Positions 38,166 through 47,438 of a stretch of 64,000 nucleotides of DNA are shown in pieces. The DNA is taken from the NCBI GenBank assembly GCA_021846045.1, contig JAJZCM010000003.1, positions 23,604-87,603 of the forward strand, written 5' to 3'. How positions within the stretch are numbered: position 1 is the first letter of the stretch; every line of letters begins with the position of its first letter. A model generated the notes under the pieces. The model had not been told where the DNA came from and searched no databases. It was given only the letters and a program-made list of their open reading frames with translations. Both the position numbers and the translations under genes were made by a program. This stretch comes from a bacterium (lineage in GTDB: Bacteria; Elusimicrobiota; Elusimicrobia; UBA1565; UBA9628).

Positions 38166-40621
38166 CCGGCTGCGTTCCTTGCTCGCGAAGCGAGAGCGTG
38201 CCGAAACATCTTGAGAAAAGGCGTTATGATTCGGCCTGCGTTCCTTGCTCGCGAAGCGAGAGCGTGCCGAAACATCTTGAGAAAAGGCGTTATGATTCGG
38301 CCTGCGTTCCTTGCTCGCGGAGCGAGAGCGTGCCGAAACATCTTGAGAAAAGGCGTTATGATTCGGCCTGCGTTCCTTGCTCGCGAAGCGAGAGCGTGCC
38401 GAAACATCTTGAGAAAAGGCGTTATGATTCGGCCTGCGTTCCTTGCTCGCGGAGCGAGAGCGTGCCGAAACATCTTGAGAAAAGGCGTTATGATTCGGCC
38501 TGCGTTCCTTGCTCGCGGAGCGAGAGCGTGCCGAAACATCTTGAGAAAAGGCGTTATGATTCGGCCCGCCGAATAGGATGGTTTGTCCTCCCTTTTTTCC
38601 TTGCTTCCTGCGCCACGGTCCAGGTCCCCATGTCGGTTACCTTTCCTCCGGCGGTTGATTTGTCTCCGTATCGGCGTTTTGCGTTCGGCGATATGAATGG
38701 AAACTCTGGGCGTCGTTTTCAGGACGCCTTGGCAACGGATTTGGCGCGTTCAAAAAAATTTAATTTCATCAATCGGGACCGGCTGAATGTGTTGGTCGCG
38801 GAATATGATTTGACGCAAACTCAAAATCCGACAAGCGCCAAGACCGGCCAAATCGCGATTGAAATTCATGATGCGGCGTTTATTTCTGGAACGATCAATA
38901 AAAATTACTATGAATTTGTGAGGGAGTCTCCAGATACCTGCCAGCGGAATAATCGCGCCCATCCGTGCCCTTTAAGAACGCGCGTGGGCCGGATTCGCAT
39001 TGGCGGACATTTGGATGTAATGGATGCGGCAACCGGACGATTGATCCATTCACAGACGATAGCCAAGGTGTGCCAAGCCCAAAGTCAAGCTAAAAATGCC
39101 TTTCCTGAAGCCATCAACCGAGCGCAGCTGGCTGAAAATTGCGTCAATTCCGCCGCCTATGATCTAGCGGCGCTTTTCTTGCCCTCCAGAAAAATGTTTT
39201 ATCCGGATTTTAAAAAAGTAGGAGATATCCCGGCTGTTGCCCAAGGAATCAAGGACGTGGAGGCCGGCAAAATAGGAGAAGCGGCCAAGGATTTTAGCGC
39301 GGCCCTTAAAGACCCGAAGGCGACGAGCCGGAATTTTAGTAAAAAATCCTTGTCAGAAATCTATTGGGACGGCGCGCTGGCCCAAGAATATTCCTGGCAG
39401 TTCGGCCCGGCCCTGGATTCCTTGAAAAAATCCTACGCGCTCAATCCCCTCGCGGAAACGCGAAAAGAGGAGTCGCAGCTTCTCGGCCTTGAATCCGCGC
39501 GGAGAAGGCTTTTGGGCGTTACTCCGCTCATGCTGGCGGTTGAGGGTGGAGCTTTCAACCAGGTTAAGGCGCTTCTTGAAAAAGGCGCGGACCCCAACGC
39601 TCAGGACGTTTCAGGCAACACCGCTCTAATGGGGGCGGCGCAAAAGCGGAATTTGCCCATGGTTCAAATTCTTCTTCGCTATGGGGCTTGGCCCAGCATC
39701 AGAAACAATCAGGGACTAAGCGCTCAAGACATGTCCCGGGATCAAAAAATTTCCAATTTGTTGAGCGAGAATTTTTCAAAACCATCCGCGCCGCGGCAAG
39801 AGGGGGCTTTGCCTTCTCCCAAGGCCGTGATTCATTCCGATGTGGATCAGGTTCCCTACCATTTTCCCGAAGACCCGTTTAAAATCGCCTTGGTCATCGG
39901 CATCGAGCATTATGAGAACAATCTCCCCTCGGCGGATTTCGCCGATCATGATGCCGAAGTCATGCGTGAACATTTAATGGCTTTAGGTTACGCTCCGCGC
40001 CACATTCATTGGCTCAAAGATCAGCAAGCGACTCGCGCCGCCTTGGTCAAGAATCTGGAAGGCTGGCTCCCACAAGTCGTTTCTTCCTCAGCGACCGTTT
40101 TTGTCTATTATTCCGGTCATGGGGCGGCGGACCCGGAAACTCATACAACCTATTTGGTTCCCGCAGATGGGGATTCCGGTTATCTTCAGGAAACGGCTTA
40201 TCCTCTCTCAAGGCTTTATTTGACTCTTGGAAAATTGCCCGCCAAACAAGTGATTGTCGCTTTGGACTCGTGTTTTTCCGGTAGGGGCGCGCGGTCTTTA
40301 TCTCCTGCGGGAGTGCGGCCTTTAGTCACTTTATCTCCGGTGGTTCCTTTAGTGGAAGGGGTGGTCGCGATGACGGCGGCTTCCGGGACTCAGATTGCGG
40401 AAGTTCTCAATTCCGAGGGACATGGCCTATTTACCTATTATTTTTTGAAAGGTCTTAACGGCCCGGCAAAAAACAAGTCGAATAAAATATCGGTGCAGTC
40501 GTTATACCGGTATTTGCGTCCGCAAGTCGAGGATGCGGCGGGAATGAAAAACCGCACGCAAACGCCCGAACTTTTACCCGGAAGCGTTGCCCATTCAAAT
40601 GCCATCGTTTTAGTTCCATGA
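38162..40621 (+). CDS. Lipoprotein with CsgG-like, TPR, ankyrin and caspase-like (C14) domains; repeat array in the signal region
   Basis: Lipobox LASC; ankyrin TPLMLAV...GADPN; YYSGHG and LDSCFSG His/Cys dyad. Confidence 0.85.
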   Translation: MTGCVPCSRSESVPKHLEKRRYDSACVPCSRSESVPKHLEKRRYDSACVPCSRSESVPKHLEKRRYDSACVPCSRSESVPKHLEKRRYDSACVPCSRSESVPKHLEKRRYDSACVPCSRSESVPKHLEKRRYDSARRIGWFVLPFFLASCATVQVPMSVTFPPAVDLSPYRRFAFGDMNGNSGRRFQDALATDLARSKKFNFINRDRLNVLVAEYDLTQTQNPTSAKTGQIAIEIHDAAFISGTINKNYYEFVRESPDTCQRNNRAHPCPLRTRVGRIRIGGHLDVMDAATGRLIHSQTIAKVCQAQSQAKNAFPEAINRAQLAENCVNSAAYDLAALFLPSRKMFYPDFKKVGDIPAVAQGIKDVEAGKIGEAAKDFSAALKDPKATSRNFSKKSLSEIYWDGALAQEYSWQFGPALDSLKKSYALNPLAETRKEESQLLGLESARRRLLGVTPLMLAVEGGAFNQVKALLEKGADPNAQDVSGNTALMGAAQKRNLPMVQILLRYGAWPSIRNNQGLSAQDMSRDQKISNLLSENFSKPSAPRQEGALPSPKAVIHSDVDQVPYHFPEDPFKIALVIGIEHYENNLPSADFADHDAEVMREHLMALGYAPRHIHWLKDQQATRAALVKNLEGWLPQVVSSSATVFVYYSGHGAADPETHTTYLVPADGDSGYLQETAYPLSRLYLTLGKLPAKQVIVALDSCFSGRGARSLSPAGVRPLVTLSPVVPLVEGVVAMTAASGTQIAEVLNSEGHGLFTYYFLKGLNGPAKNKSNKISVQSLYRYLRPQVEDAAGMKNRTQTPELLPGSVAHSNAIVLVP
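38171..38566 (+). repeat. Six tandem 66-bp units
   Basis: Unit TGCGTTCCTTGCTCGCG(A/G)AGCGAGAGCGTGCCGAAACATCTTGAGAAAAGGCGTTATGATTCGGCC; the variable site reads A,A,G,A,G,G. Confidence 0.97.
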
Positions 40622-41772
40622 ATGAAGATAGTCCTGATTTAAATATTCCGGTCGATTTCGATTTGGAATCCTATCGCTTTTCCTATCCTGAGGAATTGTT
40701 GGCCGCGAGTCCTCTTGATAAGAGAGATGATTGCCGCCTGTTGGTTTTAGACCGCTCTTTAGGAACGGTCTTTCATGAACAATTTCACTCGCTTCCCAAG
40801 CATCTCAAGCCCGGGGATTGCTTGGTTCTCAATGAGACTCGGGTCTTTTCCTGCCGCTTGGTCGGCAAGAAAAAGAGCGGCGGAAAGGCGGAAATTCTTC
40901 TAACCCGAGAAATCAGTCCCGGATACTGGGCGGCATTGGGTTCGGGTTTTAAGAAGGGGCATGAATTAATTTTTACGGGCAACCTGACGGGGCAAATTGA
41001 AGGGTTAAACGAGGATGGCGAGTATTTGATAAGGTTTGACCGCGAGGATATCCAGTCTTACATGGAGCGTAATGGTTTGCCGCCTCTTCCTCCCTACATT
41101 CTCAAAAAAAGAAAATTTTCGCCTGCGTTCCTTGCTCGCGAAGCGAGAGCGTGCGAGGGCATCTCGGGGAAAGATTTTAGGCACGCGCCCGTTGCGGAAT
41201 CATCCGAAAAAAACGATCAAGAATCTTATCAAACCGTTTATGCGCGGAATTTGGGCTCGATTGCCGCTCCCACCGCCGGGCTTCATTTTACGCCGGAGCT
41301 CCTTCGGGAAATCGAGCGCCAAGGAGTTTTCATTTGCCGGCTGACCCTTCATGTCGGACGCGGAACCTTTAAACCGATTGTTTCAAGAGACATTCGCCGG
41401 CATAAAATGCTTCCGGAATATTATCACGTCAATTTGGAAAATTCGCGGAAACTAAAAGAGGCTCAAGAACGCGGCGGAAAAATAATTGCTGTTGGCACGA
41501 CAGTCGTGAGAACCCTTGAGACCTTGGCCAAAAATCAAAACAGAGACGGTCCCATTTCTGAAATGTCCGGCTGGACCGATCTTTTTGTATATCCGGGGTA
41601 TCCGCTTAGGATGGCGTCGGCCTTGGTGACCAATTTTCATTTGCCGGAGTCGACCCCTCTTATTCTCGCCGCTGCCTTTGCCGGGCGAGAAAAATTGCTT
41701 AAGATTTACCAGGAGGCTTTTCTTTTGAAATACCGTCTCTTTTCTTACGGCGACGCAATGCTGATTTTGTAG
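40618..41772 (+). CDS. queA: S-adenosylmethionine:tRNA ribosyltransferase-isomerase
   Basis: PLPPYI, YQTVYA, AAPTAGLHF, TLHVGRGTF, NFHLPEST, SYGDAMLI. Confidence 0.97.
   Translation: MNEDSPDLNIPVDFDLESYRFSYPEELLAASPLDKRDDCRLLVLDRSLGTVFHEQFHSLPKHLKPGDCLVLNETRVFSCRLVGKKKSGGKAEILLTREISPGYWAALGSGFKKGHELIFTGNLTGQIEGLNEDGEYLIRFDREDIQSYMERNGLPPLPPYILKKRKFSPAFLAREARACEGISGKDFRHAPVAESSEKNDQESYQTVYARNLGSIAAPTAGLHFTPELLREIERQGVFICRLTLHVGRGTFKPIVSRDIRRHKMLPEYYHVNLENSRKLKEAQERGGKIIAVGTTVVRTLETLAKNQNRDGPISEMSGWTDLFVYPGYPLRMASALVTNFHLPESTPLILAAAFAGREKLLKIYQEAFLLKYRLFSYGDAMLIL
41124..41189 (+). repeat. Single 66-bp element inserted in frame in queA
   Basis: First 31 nt identical to the A-variant tandem unit at 38171; flanked by a CGCC duplication. 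Confidence 0.8.
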
Positions 41773-41783
41773 GATTTGTATCA

Positions 41784-42926
41784 ATGGGATTTAAAATTAT
41801 CGGACGGGAAGGTCGCGCGCGAGCCGGGGTTTTAAAAACCGCCCACGGGGAAGTCGAGACTCCCGTTTACATGCCGGTCGCGACCCAAGCCTCGGTCAAG
41901 GCTTTATCACAAGAAGATTTGGATTCCCTGGGGGTCAAGGCTATTTTGTCCAACAGCTACCACCTTTATCTAAGACCGGGAACCTCGGTGATAAAACAAG
42001 CGGGCGGTCTTCATCGCTTCATGAAATATGAGGGGATGATTTTGACTGATTCCGGAGGTTTTCAAGTCCTTAGCCAAGCGGATTTAAGAACCATCGATGA
42101 CTTCGGCGTCTCTTTTAAGTCGCATATCGACGGCAGCGCCCACCGGCTGACGCCGGAAAAAGTTATCGCCATACAATCGGAGTTGGGCTCCGATTGTTGG
42201 ACGGCGCTGGATGTTTGCGCGCCCTATCCTTCGGATGAGGCGCAGACTAAATTAGCCCTTGAACGCACGATGAGGTGGCTCGATCTTTCTGAAAAGACGT
42301 TTCTTCAGAAGAAAGCCGAGGGCTCTGAATCTCTATTTTTCCCGATCCTGCAAGGGGGATTTTTTGCGCCTCTGCGCTTACAAGCGGCCGAACACATGAG
42401 TAAAATCCAGGCCGATGGAATTTCTCTTGGGGGCTTTTCCGTAGGGGAACCGAAGGCATTGACTTGGGAGATTCTGGGAAAGACAACCGAAGTCCTTCCT
42501 GAACAAAAACCGCGTTATCTCATGGGAGTGGGAACTCCAGAAGACTTATGGGATGCGGTTTCTTTAGGCATCGATATGATGGATTGTGTTTGGCCCACAA
42601 GGGTCGCCAGGAACGGTCAGGTCATGACCCGCGTTGGGCGCTACAATATCTCAAACAGTTTTTGCCGGACTAATTTTGAGCCATTGGAGTCTTCGTGCTC
42701 CTGTTTTGTCTGCCGAAGATATTCGAAGGCTTATTTGTCCCATTTGCACCGGAGCCGCGAGCTTTCGGCCCATCGTTTGATTTCCTACCATAACATCCAC
42801 TTGATGCTGGTTTTGGCCCGCGAAATCCGGCAAAGCATCTTGGATGGAAACTTCGCCGAAAAGAGACGTGAGTTCTTTTCCCGGATCAAAAAAGATTCAA
42901 AAGACGTTCTGGCCCTTGTCTCGTAA
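41784..42926 (+). CDS. tgt: tRNA-guanine transglycosylase
   Basis: TPVYMPV, TDSGGFQ, PRYLMGVG, DCVWPTR, CxCxxC...H zinc site. Confidence 0.97.
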   Translation: MGFKIIGREGRARAGVLKTAHGEVETPVYMPVATQASVKALSQEDLDSLGVKAILSNSYHLYLRPGTSVIKQAGGLHRFMKYEGMILTDSGGFQVLSQADLRTIDDFGVSFKSHIDGSAHRLTPEKVIAIQSELGSDCWTALDVCAPYPSDEAQTKLALERTMRWLDLSEKTFLQKKAEGSESLFFPILQGGFFAPLRLQAAEHMSKIQADGISLGGFSVGEPKALTWEILGKTTEVLPEQKPRYLMGVGTPEDLWDAVSLGIDMMDCVWPTRVARNGQVMTRVGRYNISNSFCRTNFEPLESSCSCFVCRRYSKAYLSHLHRSRELSAHRLISYHNIHLMLVLAREIRQSILDGNFAEKRREFFSRIKKDSKDVLALVS

Positions 42927-42936
42927 AAGAGTTCTT

Positions 42937-45003
42937 TTATTCTTTTAGGCTGTTTTGTGTCTGTTGGGGAACGGAAAGCTGCGAATAATCGGGTTCGGTC
43001 CCCATGTTCCAGAGAGCTTCGAGATATTCCACTAGGGCTCCGAGATAGGGGTCTTTCAAATAGACCGTATTCTCGAAATTATGGCGGTTTCCGTTGAAGC
43101 TCATGTTGGTTGAGCCCGTGGCGACGATTCCGCCGGATTTTCCGTCTCCGATCACAAGCTTATTGTGGAAAAGCCCGGTTTCTCCGGCGCCGGCTATGAC
43201 GCGCACTTGAGCTCCGGCGTCTTTTACTTTTTTCATGTCGGCGATGGAAGCCGGGTTGTGGGATTGGTGGATGTCGGATAATATACGGATAGACAAGCCA
43301 TTGTTGAGTTTTGAAACGATGGTTGAGACCAAATCAGGCCAAGGATAGAAGCCGAACATTCCGATCAAGGCGTCTTGTTTGGAGGCATTGATGATTTTTG
43401 CCCACGCTTCTCCGGTTCCTCCATTAGGCGAGAAGGAAGCGATGGGAAGAGAAACCCCGTTAAAATTTTGGCCCATGATTGGGTCTGTGGGAATCGGGCT
43501 GGTGATAGACGGTTCCTCGGGGTCTAAGTCGTCGGAATAAGGGCGCGCGACGCTTTTCGCCCAATTGAAGAATGTCTGATAGAGGGCGATAATTTTTTTG
43601 TCATCAATAAAAACCACGTTTTCCCAATTATTTTCCTGCGAGTGGGTTGAATAATTGTAGGAGCCGGTCTCGAGTATTTGGGAACTCCCAAAAAAATGAG
43701 GGACATTCCAAATCCGGAACTTAGCGTGTTGAATTCCGATGCTTCCCAAGCCTTTGAGTGCGTAAAGTTTGAGATTTGGGTTTCCTGCATTGGACTCATC
43801 CACCAATTTTTGAAGCTGAGGACTGCGGGTTATGCTTCTCTGACGCATTTTTTCAGGGAAAAGGTTGGAATAATCCGCGATGATTTCAAATTTCTTTCCC
43901 TGTTTGAGCCCTTGGAGAATGGAGGCGACGTCCTCATCCAAGGTTTCTTCATAGAGCATGATTTGAGTCGAGTTGGAGGCGTTATTTCCAGCGGCGAGTA
44001 TTGCGGGAATATCGTCTCCGGTCCCATTGGGAACATTGGGGAAAAGAGTTCTCTTCACGTTTTGATTTCCAATCTTGATGAGATCATTATGCGTGGGAAT
44101 AAAAATATGCGGGAATTGAAATTGTAAATTTTCGGAGCGAAGATTGAACTCCCGCGGCGTCATGACTTTTTGAGTTTCCGCTGATTTAAGCCACAGCGGG
44201 CCTTCTCTTGGCGCATCAACGTTGAAGGCGGGGTCGCTTAATAACTTTTCATCATTGGAGCCTTGTTGAGGATTTTTGCCGCTGGCCCAATAAGGTTCGA
44301 GAGTCTTTGAGATGTGTTGAGCTTGAATCGAGGCAAGGGTTTGGGAAAGTCTGTTGATTTCTTTTTCTTGCTGAGAATCGCGGATATAGATTTTGGTCAA
44401 GGGCGTTAAGATTTGATCAAGTCCTTTGGCCTTTTCAAAGGATTCTTGAGAGAGCGAGGAATGTCCCGCATCCGAGGTCAAACCCTCTGCGTATCTTTGG
44501 ATAGATTCTAAAACCTGCGCGGCCGATTTTTTTCTGCCTTTTTCCAGAAGCGCGGTAATTTGAGAGAGAAGAGCTTTTTGGCGCTGCGGATTCTTGGAGG
44601 ATAGGAGGGCGTTCAGCCGTCCCTTGATTTGAGCCTTGGCTTTTGGGTTGAGGGCGTTAAATAAAGGCGCCAAAAGCCGCTGCCCTTCGGGGGTGGAGGC
44701 GGTTTTTAAAACCGAAACCCACTCGGAGGTTTTTGCCTCTTCATTTAAATTAAAAGACGGATTTGCGGACCATTGCGAGAAGCTTTGAAGGGATGCGCTT
44801 AACCCGGCATTGGCGTTCATCGTAAAGAGCGGTTGGGTGAGAAAACCGGTTTCCGCGGGCATCGCGGAATTGAGCCCTGCGAAGGCTTGCGCCGATGACA
44901 AGAAGAGAATAAACGCAAAAACGGCGCGCGGGGTTGTTTTTAATGGAGTCAGGGGTTGCTCCCTTGGGAGGGCTGGCTTGGAGCTTTGTTGTCGCCATCC
45001 CAA
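42937..45003 (-). CDS. Secreted phospholipase D/nuclease-family protein (two HKD-type motifs)
   Basis: QHAKFRIWN...TGSYNY and FHNKLVIGD...TGSTNM; signal-like AVFAFILFLSSAQAFA. Start uncertain. Confidence 0.8.
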   Translation of the reverse strand: MGWRQQSSKPALPREQPLTPLKTTPRAVFAFILFLSSAQAFAGLNSAMPAETGFLTQPLFTMNANAGLSASLQSFSQWSANPSFNLNEEAKTSEWVSVLKTASTPEGQRLLAPLFNALNPKAKAQIKGRLNALLSSKNPQRQKALLSQITALLEKGRKKSAAQVLESIQRYAEGLTSDAGHSSLSQESFEKAKGLDQILTPLTKIYIRDSQQEKEINRLSQTLASIQAQHISKTLEPYWASGKNPQQGSNDEKLLSDPAFNVDAPREGPLWLKSAETQKVMTPREFNLRSENLQFQFPHIFIPTHNDLIKIGNQNVKRTLFPNVPNGTGDDIPAILAAGNNASNSTQIMLYEETLDEDVASILQGLKQGKKFEIIADYSNLFPEKMRQRSITRSPQLQKLVDESNAGNPNLKLYALKGLGSIGIQHAKFRIWNVPHFFGSSQILETGSYNYSTHSQENNWENVVFIDDKKIIALYQTFFNWAKSVARPYSDDLDPEEPSITSPIPTDPIMGQNFNGVSLPIASFSPNGGTGEAWAKIINASKQDALIGMFGFYPWPDLVSTIVSKLNNGLSIRILSDIHQSHNPASIADMKKVKDAGAQVRVIAGAGETGLFHNKLVIGDGKSGGIVATGSTNMSFNGNRHNFENTVYLKDPYLGALVEYLEALWNMGTEPDYSQLSVPQQTQNSLKE

Positions 45004-46013
45004 TTGACTTGGTTGAGAATGTGGGCCAAGCGTACCCCCGCCATCTGAAGTCGCTGATGGGCAATCGGCTGCATTTTTGCTTGGTAGTCGGCGGGTAGGA
45101 CCAGCGGTTGAGCGCTTGGCTGGCCGTTTAGCGATTTGTAATAGTCCGGATAAATCGTGTTTTTGGATATGTTGAAGCTCTCTCCGATCGCGTTATTGAT
45201 CGTGGTCTCAACGTCGCTGTCAATCCAGCTTGCCACTTCGTTTGCGGGGAGAGAATTCAAATCGGCGAGCAACTGCTGGGCTAGGATGTTTGCGGCGCCG
45301 GGTGTCTGGTTCTGCCAGCTGGTTTTGTCGATCAAGTCATCCCAGAGTTCGTGCAGCCGTTCAAGTTTGCCCTCAAATTGAACGTTTTCGGTATTGCCGC
45401 CGGCGTCATTATTATTTTCAGCGGTGTGCATGGGTTGATGCGCGTCGCCCACTAAATGCACGACATAAGACAGCGCTATAATTCTCCTATCCCGCCATAA
45501 GGCGTCCGCTTGCGCGGACTCCGCCGATGAGGCTTGCGGGTTTGGAGCCGGTCGTGGGGCGCTTAATTGGGATAGGGCGAACTTGATTTGCGCATGAATG
45601 CAATCCTGAACCGAGTCTCCCATAAACTGGGCGGTGGCTCCGGAGGCCTGCTTGTCGCAGTCCGGGTATTGATTGAGCTCATCGGTTGTCGGGGTCTGGC
45701 TGACATTTTGTTGGATCGGAATATTCGTGAAGTGCCATGAGCCGGTGGCCGCATCCTTTGCCAGCGTCCGCGAAAGAAGCCCTCCGAAGTTCGTGGGGCC
45801 ATAGCGCAGCGTATCCGGGTAGTTTGAAATGTCGGAAAGACTGACATTGGGCCCAAGAATGCCGGTGATAGCCGCTTGGGTTTGCGGATCCAAACGGGTC
45901 TGGGCGATATCGGAAATAGTTTCATGTCCTTCCGGTCCCCAGCTGAAAGCCGCGATAGGGCCAAAAAGAAGGGCTACCGCTAATGGCGCAATTCCTGCGA
46001 GTCTTTTTTTCAC
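44949..46013 (-). CDS. S1/P1 nuclease, secreted
   Basis: Signal peptide then WGPEGH; WHF; HLVGDAHQPMH; GGN; LHELWD; AGVRLA. Confidence 0.93.
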   Translation of the reverse strand: MKKRLAGIAPLAVALLFGPIAAFSWGPEGHETISDIAQTRLDPQTQAAITGILGPNVSLSDISNYPDTLRYGPTNFGGLLSRTLAKDAATGSWHFTNIPIQQNVSQTPTTDELNQYPDCDKQASGATAQFMGDSVQDCIHAQIKFALSQLSAPRPAPNPQASSAESAQADALWRDRRIIALSYVVHLVGDAHQPMHTAENNNDAGGNTENVQFEGKLERLHELWDDLIDKTSWQNQTPGAANILAQQLLADLNSLPANEVASWIDSDVETTINNAIGESFNISKNTIYPDYYKSLNGQPSAQPLVLPADYQAKMQPIAHQRLQMAGVRLAHILNQVNWDGDNKAPSQPSQGSNP

Positions 46014-46735
46014 TTTGAATTCCTCCCGACGATTCTTTCTAGATCTTCTTTTTGGAGAGTTTCTTTCTCCAAAAGTTCAGAGACGACGCTTTCAAGCGTT
46101 TTTCGGTGGGTCTCTAAAAGAGTTTTGGCTTTAGCGAGGGCTTCTCCTGTGAGTTTTTTGACTGCCTGGTCCATTTCACGGGCCGTTTCCTCGCTGTTTT
46201 TTCGCACTCCGGGAGCGCTGATGCCGAAAGTGAGAATGCCGACGGTTGCATCCATAATAAGGGGGTTGTTGCGGGTTTCAGCGGAGGGCAAAAATTCTGG
46301 GGCGGGTTTTTTCCAAGGCAGATTTTTACGGATATTCTCAATCAGGAGATGGACGCCTTTCAAATTCCCTTTGGTTGGACTTAGGGCGTTCCGGTTGTTT
46401 CCATTTTGGACTTGCGTCAGGGAAGGAACAAATCTTCCCTCAGCCTGTTTTTGATTTGTGGCAAAGACGTTGCCAGGAATTGGGGCTTCGGCGCGGAGTA
46501 TCTTTTTTTCCTGCCCTATAATGAGATGAAGCTCTTCTGGAGACTTTGATGGGGGAAGGGAACCCAATTCAGGCGTTTCAAAATTAATCTGGATGGGGAT
46601 GGCGGCGGTTTCCGTTCGTGGAGCCCCCGTGCGCTCGATTTCTTCCCCGGCGTGAAAAGCTTGCGCCAAACTTGGCATCGGCAGAAGCGCCGATAAGACA
46701 ATGGCTAAGGCTTGGTCCCTCAATCTTTTCACCAT
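46010..46735 (-). CDS. Signal-bearing protein ending in an FtsH/M41-like C-terminal tail (probable deletion derivative)
   Basis: SEETAREMDQAVKKL...LLEKETLQKEDLERIV resembles the FtsH tail; no AAA or HExxH motif. Confidence 0.6.
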   Translation of the reverse strand: MVKRLRDQALAIVLSALLPMPSLAQAFHAGEEIERTGAPRTETAAIPIQINFETPELGSLPPSKSPEELHLIIGQEKKILRAEAPIPGNVFATNQKQAEGRFVPSLTQVQNGNNRNALSPTKGNLKGVHLLIENIRKNLPWKKPAPEFLPSAETRNNPLIMDATVGILTFGISAPGVRKNSEETAREMDQAVKKLTGEALAKAKTLLETHRKTLESVVSELLEKETLQKEDLERIVGRNSK

Positions 46736-46845
46736 AGGCATAGTCTAAACCAATTCCGCGCAAGTAAACAGGGCCAAAAGGCCCAGTATGGCGCGGGCCA
46801 AAGGACCTAGTGTTGGGCCCCTGAAATACCTAGAAATTATGCCTA

Positions 46846-46874
46846 TTGACAGAAGGCACACAACGTATTACACT
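46846..46874 (+). promoter_or_regulatory. Sigma70 promoter of the TA operon (probably leaderless)
   Basis: TTGACA-17 bp-TACACT, with ATGs 4 and 7 nt downstream and no SD. Confidence 0.7.
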
Positions 46875-46878
46875 TTAA

Positions 46879-47175
46879 ATGATGAAGCCCTTCACTTGGG
46901 ATGAACGGAAAAACGAGTGGCTAAAGTCGCAGCGCGGGGTAGGGTTCGAGGATGTGGTCTTTTGCATCAGCCGGGGCGCGGTATTAGACGTCTTGGATCA
47001 TCCCAACGAAAAGAAGTATCGCGGACAACGTATTTTCTTCGTGGCGATAAACGACTACGCCTACTTGGTCCCGTTCGTTGAGACGGACCGTGAGATTTTT
47101 CTGAAAACGGTCATTCCAAGTCGTAAGGCGATGAAGAAATATTTAGGGGGCCAACCTGATGCCAAAAATGACTAG
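46879..47175 (+). CDS. BrnT-family toxin (DUF497-like)
   Basis: FTWDERKNEWLKSQRGVGFEDV...FLKTVIPSRKA. Confidence 0.8.
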   Translation: MMKPFTWDERKNEWLKSQRGVGFEDVVFCISRGAVLDVLDHPNEKKYRGQRIFFVAINDYAYLVPFVETDREIFLKTVIPSRKAMKKYLGGQPDAKND

Positions 47176-47431
47176 AGAGGAAAATGAACTTTTGCGGTCG
47201 GTGGAACGCGGAGAGTGGAAGTCAACGCGGCGACTTAAACCCGAAACCCACCGCTACAGCCGCTATGCCCGCGCCGCCCTCCAAAAGGACAAGCGCATTA
47301 ACATTCGCATCTCGTCCAAGGATTTGGAAGGAGTGCAGAAAAAAGCGGTCGAGGAGGGCCTGCCCTACCAGACGCTGATTTCCAGCGTGATTCATAAATA
47401 TGTTTCCGGTTCGCTGATGGCCCGACCTTGA
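47159..47431 (+). CDS. Cognate antitoxin (CopG/RHH-like)
   Basis: KDKRINIRISSKDL...EGLPYQTLISSVIHKYV; overlaps the toxin gene. Confidence 0.85.
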   Translation: MPKMTREENELLRSVERGEWKSTRRLKPETHRYSRYARAALQKDKRINIRISSKDLEGVQKKAVEEGLPYQTLISSVIHKYVSGSLMARP

Positions 47432-47438
47432 GAGAATC

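Noticed and set aside
38171..38566. CRISPR array
   Set aside because: Units are identical over their full 66 bp with no unique spacers, and there are no cas genes in the window.
38006..38576. Alternative-frame ORFs 38006-38539 (-) and 38211-38576 (+)
   Set aside because: They arise because the 66-bp unit is stop-free in several frames; there is no independent coding evidence.
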